Origin: an uncultured delta proteobacterium
GTDB lineage: Bacteria; Desulfobacterota; Binatia; Binatales; Binataceae
Length of the DNA: 64,000 nucleotides
Assembly: GCA_963711565.1 (NCBI GenBank)
Contig: CAVQEQ010000004.1
Coordinates: forward strand, 320,001-384,000
Direction: 5' to 3'
Shown here: one piece after another, positions 38,945-48,492 of the stretch
How the letters are laid out: every line of letters begins with the position of its first letter
Position numbering within the stretch: the first letter of the stretch is position 1
The notes under the pieces: model-generated
Databases searched by the model: none
What the model was told of the DNA's origin: nothing
What the model saw: the letters and a program-made list of their open reading frames with translations, nothing else
Program-made: the position numbers and the translations under genes

Positions 38945-39367
38945 ATGGGTAGAGCCCGCAAGAGCAAGACCTCCAAGCGCGACAAGTACGCCTCGTTCGG
39001 CGATATGGCGGACGAGGCGGAAGAAGATGCGGACCTGCCCAAGGACGAAGCCGGCCGCCGAAAAATCAAGCGCCAGTACGGCGAGCTGCTCGGCATCCGA
39101 ATCGAAAAGCTGCGCGGCAGAATCCTCAACCGCGAACGGATCAACAAGACCATCGAGGGCATCTACTTCATCTGCGCTTCGTGCATGAAAGTATGCCACT
39201 CGCTCGACGACGGCTTCACCGAAGACCCCGCCAACCAGAACAATCTGTGCGGCCCGTGCGCCAAGGCCCAGGCCGCGGCCACCAATGCCGCCGCGGCAGC
39301 CAAGGAAAGCGGCGCCTCGTCGTCGCGCCGTTCAACCCGTCCGCGCAAGCGCGCCGCCGCGAGCTGA
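38945..39367 (+). CDS. Hypothetical protein with CxxC...CxxC zinc finger (140 aa)
   Basis: AGGGGG RBS; CASC...CGPC; basic termini. Confidence 0.75.
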   Translation: MGRARKSKTSKRDKYASFGDMADEAEEDADLPKDEAGRRKIKRQYGELLGIRIEKLRGRILNRERINKTIEGIYFICASCMKVCHSLDDGFTEDPANQNNLCGPCAKAQAAATNAAAAAKESGASSSRRSTRPRKRAAAS

Positions 39368-39408
39368 CCGTGCTTGTGCGCATGACAGCGAACAGCTAAA
39401 CAGGGCCG

Positions 39409-40350
39409 ATGTCTTTACAGCTAATTCGTCCCGACATCAATCTCGATTTCGTCGGGAAGCGCTATTTCTTCGTCGCGCTGTCAACTCTGATCAACGTCCT
39501 GGCGATCGTGCTGCTGTTCACCAAGGGCCTCAACTACGGCGTCGATTTCGTCGGCGGCAGCGTCGCGCAAATCGAGTTCTCCAGCCGCACCAATGGCGAC
39601 GCGATTCAAAAAGCGCTCGCTCCGCTCGATCTTGGTGAAATTACCGTTCAGGACTTCGGCAAGGCGGGACAGTCGTTCCTGGCCCGCTTCGAAACGGTCA
39701 AAAACATCGGCAGCATCGGGCCCAAGCTCGAGACCGCACTCGATAAATCCTACGGCCCCGGCGTCGCCAAGGTGGTGCGCGTCGAGAGCGTCGGCGCCAA
39801 GGTCGGCAGCGATCTGCGGCGCAAAGGCTTCGCCGCCGTCATCATCGCGACCATCTTTATGGGCGTGTATATCGCGATCCAGTTCCGCCACGTGAGCTGG
39901 AGTTTCGGCGCGGGCGCCGTCATCGCGTTGATTCACGACGTCCTCGTCGTGATGTGCGCGCTGGTTATCTCCCAGTATCAGTTCGATCTGACCACTCTCG
40001 CCGCGGTGCTGACAGTCATCGGCTACTCGGTGCATGACACCATCATCGTCTCCGACCGTATCCGCGAGGATTCGACCAAGCGCCGGCGCGAGCCGATCGC
40101 CTCGATCATGAACCGCGCGATCAACGAAACTCTCTCGCGCACGATTCTGACTTCGGGCACCGCCATCGTGGTGCTGCTCTCGCTGCTCGCCTTCGGCGGC
40201 CCGATCCTGCGCCCGTCGGCCTTCACGCTGCTGATCGGTTTCATCACCGGCACGTATTCGTCGATCTACATCGCCGGCCCGGTGGTGCTGTTCTGGGAAG
40301 GCGACTCCGGCCGCACCAAGACGCGCACCGGCTCCTCCCGCGCCGCCTGA
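39409..40350 (+). CDS. secF: Protein translocase subunit SecF
   Basis: GLNYGVDFVGG, ESVGAKVG, LIHD, IGYSVHDTIIVSDRIRE, TLSRTILTS, GTYSSIYIA. Confidence 0.95.
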   Translation: MSLQLIRPDINLDFVGKRYFFVALSTLINVLAIVLLFTKGLNYGVDFVGGSVAQIEFSSRTNGDAIQKALAPLDLGEITVQDFGKAGQSFLARFETVKNIGSIGPKLETALDKSYGPGVAKVVRVESVGAKVGSDLRRKGFAAVIIATIFMGVYIAIQFRHVSWSFGAGAVIALIHDVLVVMCALVISQYQFDLTTLAAVLTVIGYSVHDTIIVSDRIREDSTKRRREPIASIMNRAINETLSRTILTSGTAIVVLLSLLAFGGPILRPSAFTLLIGFITGTYSSIYIAGPVVLFWEGDSGRTKTRTGSSRAA

Positions 40351-40366
40351 TCTGTTCTTTTCTTTG

Positions 40367-40404
40367 TGTCATTCTGAACGAAGGTTGCCGTAGTGAAGAA
40401 TCTC
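40367..40404 (+). repeat. Repeat family C, left arm
   Basis: TGTCATTCTGAACGAAGG...AGTGAAGAATCTC; inverted partner at 40795-40827. Confidence 0.8.
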
Positions 40405-40448
40405 GGCGGCCGCTCTTGCGGCCGTCGTCAATCTGAACGGCATTCACC

Positions 40449-40766
40449 GTGCCAGCAACATTGAAAACCTCGCGCGGCATCTACACGATCGCGAGCGTCC
40501 GCCCGCTTGAGCGTACAGCGGACGCCGTGGTGCTGACGTTAAGCCTCGAGCGAGCAGACGGAATCGAAAAGGTCGCCCTCCGATTCCGCATCGCGACCGC
40601 ATTGATCGGCGCCACCGACACTCCCGAAAAACTGATCGATCGAATCACGCCATGGGTAGAGCGCGAATTCGAGCAAATTCGCGAAGCCGCGCTGAAATCA
40701 ATCCGCACCGACCGCAAGCTGCACGAAATTGCGTTCGACCCCGAGCACCCCGGCCCCTACACGTAG
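40449..40766 (+). CDS. Hypothetical protein (105 aa) enclosed by inverted repeats
   Basis: ORF with plausible codon use: LERADGIEKV...WVEREFEQIREAALKSIR. Confidence 0.7.
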   Translation: MPATLKTSRGIYTIASVRPLERTADAVVLTLSLERADGIEKVALRFRIATALIGATDTPEKLIDRITPWVEREFEQIREAALKSIRTDRKLHEIAFDPEHPGPYT

Positions 40767-40794
40767 CGCAGCGCCGGCCGCCGGAGTGTCCGTC

Positions 40795-40827
40795 GAGATT
40801 CTTCGCTGCAAGCAGCTCAGAATGACA
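40795..40827 (-). repeat. Repeat family C, right arm
   Basis: GAGATTCTTCGCT...CTCAGAATGACA. Confidence 0.8.
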
Positions 40828-40853
40828 CTGGACGGTTGGATGCTTTTTTCTCC

Positions 40854-40880
40854 GTCATCCTGAGCGAAGCGAAGGATCTC
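40854..40880 (+). repeat. Repeat family C copy
   Basis: GTCATCCTGAGCGAAGCGAAGGATCTC. Confidence 0.8.
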
Positions 40881-41015
40881 GCGCGCAGGAGCGCGCCAGC
40901 CACGCACCACTCACCAGGCGCGCATCGACCAAACTTTTCCGCGCGTTACCATTCGCGCTATACGATCAGATCGCGCTCCGCTCCTGCAACCGGGCGTGCG
41001 CGGGAGGAACTCGCG

Positions 41016-41360
41016 ATGCTCTACATGCTGCTGCTCTACGGCTCCGAAGCCGGCGAGGAAAAGCCGAGCGCCAAAGAACGGCGCAAGCTGTTCCAGGCGT
41101 ATGAGGATTTCACCCAATGGATCAAGGAGCGTGGCAAGTATCGCGACGGCAACGCGCTCGAGCCGTCGTCGGCCGCGACCGTTGTTCGGGTGCGTGACGG
41201 GAAGACGCTTACCAGCGCGGGAGCATTCGCGCAGACTGCAGAGCAGCTCGGCGGTTACTATCTAATCGACGCGGACAATCTCGACCAAGCAATCGAAATC
41301 GCGGCGCGAGTCCCGCGCGCGACCAGCGGCAGGGTCGAGGTCCATCCAATCCAAGTCTGA
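41016..41360 (+). CDS. YciI/DGPF-family protein
   Basis: YMLLLY, L.PSSAATVVRVRDG, EQLGGYYLI, VEVHPI; GGGAGG RBS. Confidence 0.85.
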   Translation: MLYMLLLYGSEAGEEKPSAKERRKLFQAYEDFTQWIKERGKYRDGNALEPSSAATVVRVRDGKTLTSAGAFAQTAEQLGGYYLIDADNLDQAIEIAARVPRATSGRVEVHPIQV

Positions 41361-41385
41361 TCCCGCGAAGCGCGGACGACACCAA

Positions 41386-41453
41386 GGTGCAGGGGTTACC
41401 CCTGCCGGGGAAGTTTGAAACCCGCGTTGGGTTTCAAATTTAGATAAAGTGAT
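41386..41453 (+). repeat. Repeat family A copy
   Basis: GGTGCAGGGGTTACCCCTGCC..GGAAGTTTGAAACCCGCGTTGGGTTTCAAATTTAGATAAAGTGAT. Confidence 0.88.
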
Positions 41454-41522
41454 TTCTCCCCGCACACTCGTTCGCGCTATAACTCTCGCGATGCTGACGG
41501 CATCACGACTGTGCGGTCGGAC

Positions 41523-42800
41523 TTAATGCTGTCCTGAACTCATATCAGCAGAAGCCTTCGCAGCCTTCTTCGCGGCATCGATCATCTTCTGATATGTCTT
41601 GGCGCGCTCGGTCCAATCACACATCGGAGTGGAGAGCGCGGTTACATCCGCAGGCACAAACGCGCCGGAGGCTTGATCCAGTACCATGTCCTGCTGCGGC
41701 GAAGACTTCTTATCGATGCCTGCGAGCGCGGCCTCGACCTCGGATCGATTCCGCCCCGAAAAGTAGGTTCCGCCGGCGCACGCCGCGTAGGTCGCTGGAC
41801 CGCCGAGCGGGTTGTACACCTTCCATAGCCTGGATTTGTTTATTGGCTGCCCGTCGAGCGACTGCTGAATAAGGGTCGTACCGTCTGTGGTTATGGCTAC
41901 TTCTCCGCAGTTGCTGAAATCCGGGCAATTGGAGGTGCCGTATCGCGGCGCGATCGAAACAGAGTGCCCAGTCGGCAGCTTGATCGTCATCCGGTCGAAC
42001 GGCGTGTCATCCGCGAACCAGTCGATCGTGACTGACTTATCATTTGTGACCTCGAGGTGTTGCGGAGTTTTCTCGCTCGCCGGAACCAGCTTTGCCTCCC
42101 TGGTCCATTTCGGCGCCGGGATCACCTTGTCGAGTCCGATCCGATGGCGCCAGTTGCAGACCGGCATCCGCGTACTAACGACCTCGCCGACGACGTAAAC
42201 CTCATGCTCGGATTTCGAGTCGCCGCCGGACGCCGGTGGCGTTCCCTCGTTCGCGGACTTCTCTCCTTCGAGCACGCTCATCAGCGACGGCAAACTCCTG
42301 CTGCTATAAATCTTGCCCTCTTTGCATCCCTGGAATGTGGCAACCGGGCTCGATCTGCTCATCCCGAGAAACGCCGGGCCGACCGGATGCGGTTCGTCTT
42401 TCGCTATCGCCCATAGTTCGGAATCCAACCACGGGCGGCCATCGCGGCTCACAATTATATCACCGGAGGGTCCATACCTAACCGCAATACAGGTGTTGAG
42501 ATCGGGGCAGCCCTTCACCCTCAATAAGACCGACGAGAGCTGCGTAACGGTGCCATCGTCATAGTGAACCTCGAGAGTGGATGGTTTCTGGAAGTCTTCG
42601 TAGGCTATGATCGTTCCGCCTTTGAAATCGAATTCGAGGTGCGGACCCAACCTGAACGCCTTGCCTTCAACGACGCGCAGTCCTTTCGCCGGCGGTGGAG
42701 GTTGCTCCGTCGCGCACGCCGCGAACAGCATCGCAGCAATCATGAGAACGATGAGCTTGATCGCCGTAATTCCCCCTCTATCGCAAGACCAACTACTCAA
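41523..42800 (-). CDS. Hypothetical lipoprotein with an internally duplicated Cys-containing domain; start uncertain
   Basis: LFAAC lipobox; CPDLNTC/CPDFSNC, ATFQGC/ATYAAC and PVCNW/PMCDW pairs. Confidence 0.75.
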   Translation of the reverse strand: MSSWSCDRGGITAIKLIVLMIAAMLFAACATEQPPPPAKGLRVVEGKAFRLGPHLEFDFKGGTIIAYEDFQKPSTLEVHYDDGTVTQLSSVLLRVKGCPDLNTCIAVRYGPSGDIIVSRDGRPWLDSELWAIAKDEPHPVGPAFLGMSRSSPVATFQGCKEGKIYSSRSLPSLMSVLEGEKSANEGTPPASGGDSKSEHEVYVVGEVVSTRMPVCNWRHRIGLDKVIPAPKWTREAKLVPASEKTPQHLEVTNDKSVTIDWFADDTPFDRMTIKLPTGHSVSIAPRYGTSNCPDFSNCGEVAITTDGTTLIQQSLDGQPINKSRLWKVYNPLGGPATYAACAGGTYFSGRNRSEVEAALAGIDKKSSPQQDMVLDQASGAFVPADVTALSTPMCDWTERAKTYQKMIDAAKKAAKASADMSSGQH

Positions 42801-42897
42801 TATCGCTTCGCTCGCGGTCGGGCAATTCTCTGCGGGCGGCTAGCCGACTAGAATGTCAGAATGCCGCCGTGCGTCGATTCCGTCACGGAGAAACGCG

Positions 42898-43383
42898 ATG
42901 CCCATCCAAATCCGCCGCGCCACCGAAGCCGACATCCCCGAACTCTCACGCCTCGTCGGCGCGCTCGCCGCATGGGAGCAGTCGCTCGACCCGCGCGTGC
43001 AATTCGATTGGGACGGCATCCGCGACGCCCCCAATTGGCTCAAGCTCGTCCTGAATCGCGCGCATCATGCGGTATGGGTCGCGGCTTCCGACGAGCGCCT
43101 CGTCGGCCACCTCTGGATTCGCCTCAAGCACCAGGCTGACGGCGCGATGCCTCAATCGATCGGCTACATCAGCCAGGCTTTTATGGACGAGGCGTTCCGC
43201 GGACGCGGTCTTATGAAGCCGATGCTTGAGGCGGCCTACGAATGGTTCCGCGACGCCGGGATAACCGTCGTCACGTTAAGCGTCCTCCATCGCAACTGGG
43301 TAGGCGCCACCGCGTGGCATCGCCTGGGCTTCAGCGATTGGCGCGAGGAGCGCCGCATGGACCTGAAACCGCGCCCAAAATAG
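42898..43383 (+). CDS. GNAT N-acetyltransferase
   Basis: IRRATEAD, FRGRGLMK, WHRLGF. Confidence 0.88.
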   Translation: MPIQIRRATEADIPELSRLVGALAAWEQSLDPRVQFDWDGIRDAPNWLKLVLNRAHHAVWVAASDERLVGHLWIRLKHQADGAMPQSIGYISQAFMDEAFRGRGLMKPMLEAAYEWFRDAGITVVTLSVLHRNWVGATAWHRLGFSDWREERRMDLKPRPK

Positions 43384-43452
43384 CCAGTTTGCGTCTCTTG
43401 TCTGACCGCTCGGTAAGGCTCATATTGTCCTTGACAATCGGGATCAATCCCC

Positions 43453-43545
43453 TTACTAGACTGATTGGGTCCAGTATTCCTGCGAGCCGAATTCCGTTTG
43501 ACTGTATCGCAAGAAGCCTTATACTATACCCAGTAGGTCCACTAT
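43453..43545 (+). promoter_or_regulatory. isc promoter with two IscR/Rrf2 type-1-like boxes
   Basis: 25-bp boxes TTACTAGACTGATTGGGTCCAGTAT (43453) and ATACTATACCCAGTAGGTCCACTAT (43521); TTGACT-N16-TATACT at 43498-43525. Confidence 0.7.
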
Positions 43546-43579
43546 TACGATTCGCGTGGAATAGATACCGAGAAGAGAG

Positions 43580-44797
43580 ATGCTGAAGAAGCCCGTTTAC
43601 ATGGATAATCACGCGACCACGCGCGTCGATTCGCGCGTGCTCGATGCGATGCTGCCGTATTTCACCGAGAAGTTCGGTAACGCCGCGAGCCGCAATCATA
43701 GCTTCGGCTGGGAAGCGGAAGAGGCCGTCAGCCGCTCGCGCGAGCAGATTGCGGCGCTGATCGGCGCCAAGTCCAAGGAAATCATTTTCACCAGCGGCGC
43801 CACCGAGTCCGACAACCTGGCAATCAAGGGCGTCGTCGAGTTTTACAAAGACAAGGGCAACCACATCATCACCTGCGTCACCGAGCACAAGGCCGTTCTC
43901 GACAGTTGCCGCGCACTCGAGCGTGCAGGCAAAGCGACCGTGACGTATCTCCCCGTTGACAAGTACGGGATGGTAGATCCCGACGCCGTGCGCCGCGCGA
44001 TCACCGACAAGACCGTGCTCATCACGATTATGTGGGCCAACAACGAGATCGGCACGATTCATCCGATCGCCGAGATCGGCAATATCGCCAAGGAAAAAGG
44101 GATCGTCTTTCACACCGACGCGGTGCAGGCGATCGGCAAGGTGCCGGTTGATTTCGAAAAGGCGGGCGTCGATCTCGCGTCGATCACCGCACACAAGATT
44201 TACGGCCCGAAGGGAATCGGCGCGCTCTACGTCCGCTCGAAGGGACCGCGCGTGCGAATCTCACCGCAGATGGACGGCGGTGGCCATGAACGCGGGATGC
44301 GCTCCGGGACGCTCAACGTTCCGGGCATCGTTGGCCTCGGCGCGGCGTGCGAAATCGCCGGCAAGGAAATGCCTGACGAAGCGCAGAGGCTGATCCAGTT
44401 GCGCAGTCAGCTGCAGGCCGGACTGTTCGAGCGCCTCGACGAGATTTACGTCAACGGTCATCCGACCGAGCGCCTGCCGGGCAATCTGAACGTGAGCTTC
44501 GCGTACGTCGAAGGCGAGTCGCTCCTGATGGGTATCAACGATATCGCCGTCAGCTCCGGCTCCGCATGCACCTCGGCGACGCTCGAGCCGTCGTACGTGA
44601 TTCGCGCGCTGGGTATCGACGACGAGCTTGCGCACAGCTCGATTCGTTTCGGCCTCGGCCGTTTCAACACGCTGGAAGAAGTCGATTACGTGACGGACCG
44701 CGTCAGCAAGGAAGTGAAGCGGCTGCGCGAAATGTCGCCGCTGTACGAGATGGCGAAAGAGGGAATCGATCTCAAGTCGGTCAATTGGAAATCGTAA
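43580..44797 (+). CDS. iscS: Cysteine desulfurase
   Basis: [48 protein letters not shown]. Confidence 0.97.
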   Translation: MLKKPVYMDNHATTRVDSRVLDAMLPYFTEKFGNAASRNHSFGWEAEEAVSRSREQIAALIGAKSKEIIFTSGATESDNLAIKGVVEFYKDKGNHIITCVTEHKAVLDSCRALERAGKATVTYLPVDKYGMVDPDAVRRAITDKTVLITIMWANNEIGTIHPIAEIGNIAKEKGIVFHTDAVQAIGKVPVDFEKAGVDLASITAHKIYGPKGIGALYVRSKGPRVRISPQMDGGGHERGMRSGTLNVPGIVGLGAACEIAGKEMPDEAQRLIQLRSQLQAGLFERLDEIYVNGHPTERLPGNLNVSFAYVEGESLLMGINDIAVSSGSACTSATLEPSYVIRALGIDDELAHSSIRFGLGRFNTLEEVDYVTDRVSKEVKRLREMSPLYEMAKEGIDLKSVNWKS

Positions 44798-44830
44798 CGC
44801 AACGTCGAATCGACGCGGGAAAAAATAAAC

Positions 44831-45256
44831 ATGGCTTACTCAGATAAGGTTATCGAGCACTACAACAATCCGCGCAACGTCGGCAGCTTTGCCAAGGACG
44901 AGCCGGGCGTCGGCACCGGCGTCGTCGGCGCGCCGGAATGCGGCGACGTGATGAAGCTGCAGCTCAAGATCAGCGACACCGGCGTGATCGAAGATGCGCG
45001 CTTCAAGACCTTCGGATGCGGCAGCGCGATCGCCAGTTCGAGCTACGTCACCGAACTCGTCAAGGGCAAGCATATCGACGAGGCGATGGCGATTAAGAAC
45101 ACCGTCATCGTCAAGGAACTCAATCTGCCGCCCGTCAAGATTCACTGCTCGGTCCTGGCCGAGGACGCGATCAAGGCCGCCATCACGGACTGGCGCAAGC
45201 GCAAGGGCGACGATGTCGCCGCCGAAGAGCATCCTGCGAAGTCGAAGGAGGCGTAA
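44831..45256 (+). CDS. iscU: Fe-S scaffold protein
   Basis: YSDKVIEHY.NPRNVG, APECGD, FGCGSA, LPPVKIHC. Confidence 0.97.
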   Translation: MAYSDKVIEHYNNPRNVGSFAKDEPGVGTGVVGAPECGDVMKLQLKISDTGVIEDARFKTFGCGSAIASSSYVTELVKGKHIDEAMAIKNTVIVKELNLPPVKIHCSVLAEDAIKAAITDWRKRKGDDVAAEEHPAKSKEA

Positions 45257-45262
45257 CGTTTC

Positions 45263-45586
45263 GTGGCTGTGATTTCACTTTCCGAGGGCGCTGCCCAGAA
45301 GATCAAGCAACTCGTCGCCGACAAGGGCGAAGGCGCTGGCTTGCGCGTAAAGGTCGTCGGCGGCGGATGCTCGGGACTTCAGTACCGGATGGAAATCGAT
45401 GCCGCCAAGGAACGCGACAAGGTCTTCGAGCGCGACGGCGCGCGTCTGATCGTCGATAAGAAGAGTTTTCTCTACCTCAACGGCTCCGAGCTCGACTACG
45501 GCGAAGAACTGATGTCGTCGGGCTTCAAGGTCGTCAATCCAAATGCCAAGCGCAGTTGCGGATGCGGAGAATCGTTCGTCGTATGA
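45263..45586 (+). CDS. iscA: A-type Fe-S carrier
   Basis: GGGCSG, NPNAKRSCGCGESF. Confidence 0.95.
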   Translation: MAVISLSEGAAQKIKQLVADKGEGAGLRVKVVGGGCSGLQYRMEIDAAKERDKVFERDGARLIVDKKSFLYLNGSELDYGEELMSSGFKVVNPNAKRSCGCGESFVV

Positions 45587-45616
45587 ACGAGCGGATGTGG
45601 GGACTGGCGTCTCAAG

Positions 45617-46252
45617 ATGATCGAATGCCTTTCATGTGGACGGCGGCAGGAGCCGTCGCTGACTTGCGCTGACTGCGGATCGCCGCTCGCGGCGCCGCTC
45701 GATTGTTTCGCCGCGCTCGGCATCCCGCGCAAGTTGACGATCGATCTCGGCGAACTCGAGCGCCGCTATCACGAATTGAGTCGCAAGATACATCCGGACC
45801 GTTTCGCCTCGAAGGGCCCCAAGGTCCGCGACGCGAGTCTCCGCGCGACCGCGACCCTCACTCGCAGCTACCGCACCCTGCGCGATCCTGTCGCACGCGG
45901 CCTCTACTGGCTCGAACTCCGCGGTGAAAAACTCGCCGATAACAACAAGCGCGTGCCGCCAGAGCTGGCCGAGCTGGTCTTTGACGTGCAGGAGCAGCTC
46001 GCCGAGATGCAGCTTGCGGACCCGGAGGAGGCGCACGAACGCGCAACTCAAATCGCCGCGCGGCGCATCGAGCTTCAATTCAAAATGGATGAGAACCTGG
46101 CCGAGCTCGAGCGGCATTTCGCGAAATGGGATCAGCCGGTGGACGAAAAGATGCTTACGTTGGAACTGAAGACGATCCTCTCGAATATCGCCTACCTGCG
46201 CACGCTGATTCGCGACGTCGATCGCGCGCTCGAGAACTCAAAGGCCGCTTGA
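45617..46252 (+). CDS. hscB: Co-chaperone HscB with N-terminal CxxC..CxxC module
   Basis: J-domain HPD motif; position in the isc operon. Confidence 0.92.
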   Translation: MIECLSCGRRQEPSLTCADCGSPLAAPLDCFAALGIPRKLTIDLGELERRYHELSRKIHPDRFASKGPKVRDASLRATATLTRSYRTLRDPVARGLYWLELRGEKLADNNKRVPPELAELVFDVQEQLAEMQLADPEEAHERATQIAARRIELQFKMDENLAELERHFAKWDQPVDEKMLTLELKTILSNIAYLRTLIRDVDRALENSKAA

Positions 46253-46262
46253 TTTAGAAAAA

Positions 46263-48131
46263 ATGGCACGAATTTTTGGCATAGACCTCGGCACCACCAA
46301 CAGCCTCATCGCCGCTATGGAAGCCGGTGAGCCGCGCGTGATTGCCGTCGGCGAGAACGGCAGTGCACTCGTGCCGAGCGTAGTTGCGATCGCACCGGAC
46401 GGTGTCGTCACTGTCGGCGAGCGCGCAATCGAAATGGAACCGCATCTCACCGTCGAGCGCGACGGCCGCGTGAGCGCGGTCGGCTTTGCCGGCGGCGAAT
46501 ACGGCGCGGTCATTCGATCCGTCAAGCGCTACATGGGATTGGGCGGCGACGAGATCGCGCCCGAAGATCGCGCGCGCTATACCTTCGCCGATCTGAGCGG
46601 CCCGGTCGTGCGCTTTCAAATCGGCAAGCGCGTCTTCACACCTTCGCAAATCTCCGGCGAAGTTCTGCGCGCCCTCAAGGACGGCGCAGAACGCGCACTC
46701 GGCAACAGTGAAAAAGTCGAGCGCGTCGTAATCACCGTCCCCGCCTACTTCAACGATGGTCAGCGCCAAGCCACCAAGGACGCCGGCCGTCTCGCTGGTC
46801 TGGAAGTCGTGCGCCTGGTGAACGAGCCGACCGCCGCGTCCCTCGCCTACGGCCTAAACAAGATGGCGACCGGCAACGTCGCCGTGTTCGACTTCGGCGG
46901 CGGCACTTTCGACATTTCGATTCTCAGCATCAAGGAGGGAATCTTCGAGGTGCTCGCGACCAACGGCGACACTCACCTCGGCGGCGACGATATCGACCGC
47001 GCGCTCGTCGATTGGATCCTCACCGAACTTCCCGACACCCTCAAACTCGATCGCCACGTATGGAACAGCGCGCGCATGGCTGCCGAGGACGCCAAGAAGC
47101 GCCTCACCGACATCGCGGAGACCGACATCGCCGTCGAACTCCCCGGCCATTCGATTGGCAAGCACTTGACGCGCGACGCCCTCGATCAGATGGCCGCCCC
47201 GTTCGTCGCGCGGACGCTCAAGCGATGCGAGCTGGCAATCGCCGACGCCAAACTGACGCCCGCCGCTATCGACGCTGTCGTCCTGGTGGGCGGCGCGACG
47301 CGGATGCCCCTGGTCCGTCGACGCGTAGCGGAGATGTTCCATAGAGAACCCCTGTGCTCGATTAATCCTGACGAAGTGGTCGCTTTGGGCGCCGCCGTTC
47401 AGGCTTCTGTGCTAATGGGCACGCAGGGCGACATGCTCTTGCTCGACGTTGTTCCGCTGTCGCTCGGCATCGAAACGATGGGCGGCGTAATGGAGCGTCT
47501 AATACATCGCAATACCACTATCCCGACCAGCATAGCTGAAGGGTTTACCACCGCTGTGGATAATCAAACACATGTTGATATCCATGTTTTGCAAGGAGAG
47601 CGGGAACTTGCTAAGGATTGCCGTAGCTTGGCGCGCTTCAAGCTGGGCCCGATTCAGGCGCAGCCGGCGGGTGTCCCGCGTATCGAGGTCACTTTCCTCA
47701 TCGATGCAAACGGGATACTAAATGTCAATGCGCGCGATGAGCGCACGGGCCGCGAGCATTCGATTGACGTCAAGCCGAGCTACGGCCTGACGGACGATGA
47801 AATCGAGCGAATGCTCGAAGAGGCCATAGATCTTGGGGAACAGGATCTCGAAGAACGCCTGCTGATTTCGGCCCGTAATGACGCCGAGCAAATCCTGGGC
47901 GCGCTTCGAAAGCAGCTCGGCGAATACGGCCGGCTCGTCCCGGCTGGTGAGCGCGCGCGGATGGATGAGGTGGCGGAGCGGCTGGAGGCGGCCCGAACGG
48001 GAACCGATCGAGAACTAATTGCAAAACTCGTCGAAGAGCTGAACGAGGCAACCACTCCGTTCGCGGAGCGAATTATGGACGCGGCTATAAAACTGGCGCT
48101 CGAAAAGAAATCGGTCGAGGAACTTTCGTAG
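46263..48131 (+). CDS. hscA: Fe-S chaperone Hsp70
   Basis: [32 protein letters not shown]; follows hscB. Confidence 0.92.
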   Translation: MARIFGIDLGTTNSLIAAMEAGEPRVIAVGENGSALVPSVVAIAPDGVVTVGERAIEMEPHLTVERDGRVSAVGFAGGEYGAVIRSVKRYMGLGGDEIAPEDRARYTFADLSGPVVRFQIGKRVFTPSQISGEVLRALKDGAERALGNSEKVERVVITVPAYFNDGQRQATKDAGRLAGLEVVRLVNEPTAASLAYGLNKMATGNVAVFDFGGGTFDISILSIKEGIFEVLATNGDTHLGGDDIDRALVDWILTELPDTLKLDRHVWNSARMAAEDAKKRLTDIAETDIAVELPGHSIGKHLTRDALDQMAAPFVARTLKRCELAIADAKLTPAAIDAVVLVGGATRMPLVRRRVAEMFHREPLCSINPDEVVALGAAVQASVLMGTQGDMLLLDVVPLSLGIETMGGVMERLIHRNTTIPTSIAEGFTTAVDNQTHVDIHVLQGERELAKDCRSLARFKLGPIQAQPAGVPRIEVTFLIDANGILNVNARDERTGREHSIDVKPSYGLTDDEIERMLEEAIDLGEQDLEERLLISARNDAEQILGALRKQLGEYGRLVPAGERARMDEVAERLEAARTGTDRELIAKLVEELNEATTPFAERIMDAAIKLALEKKSVEELS

Positions 48132-48176
48132 CGGGGCAACCGCAACCGGAAGTCAGATCAGGACGTATATTTGACG

Positions 48177-48392
48177 ATGGGACTCAAGTGGGACCAGGCC
48201 GAAGAAATCGCGGAAGTGCTGGCGGAAAATCATCCGGGACTGGATCCGCTCGACGCGCGGTTCACAGACCTGCGACAATGGGTTATCGACCTCGACGAAT
48301 TCGACGATAACCGCGAAGGTTCAACCGAGGCGAAGTTGGAAGCCATCCAGATGGCTTGGCACGAAATATATAAGGAACAGAACGAAGACTGA
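48177..48392 (+). CDS. iscX: Fe-S assembly protein IscX
   Basis: LKW...IA..L...HP..DP...RFTDL..W...LEAIQMAW. Confidence 0.92.
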   Translation: MGLKWDQAEEIAEVLAENHPGLDPLDARFTDLRQWVIDLDEFDDNREGSTEAKLEAIQMAWHEIYKEQNED

Positions 48393-48492
48393 CTCTGAAT
48401 AGGCGTAGAGGTGGCTACGTCCAAAACTACGGGGAGGTGGGGCGGTGGAAGAAGCACGCAGCACGACATTGAAGGTGGAGAACGGAGAGAAG

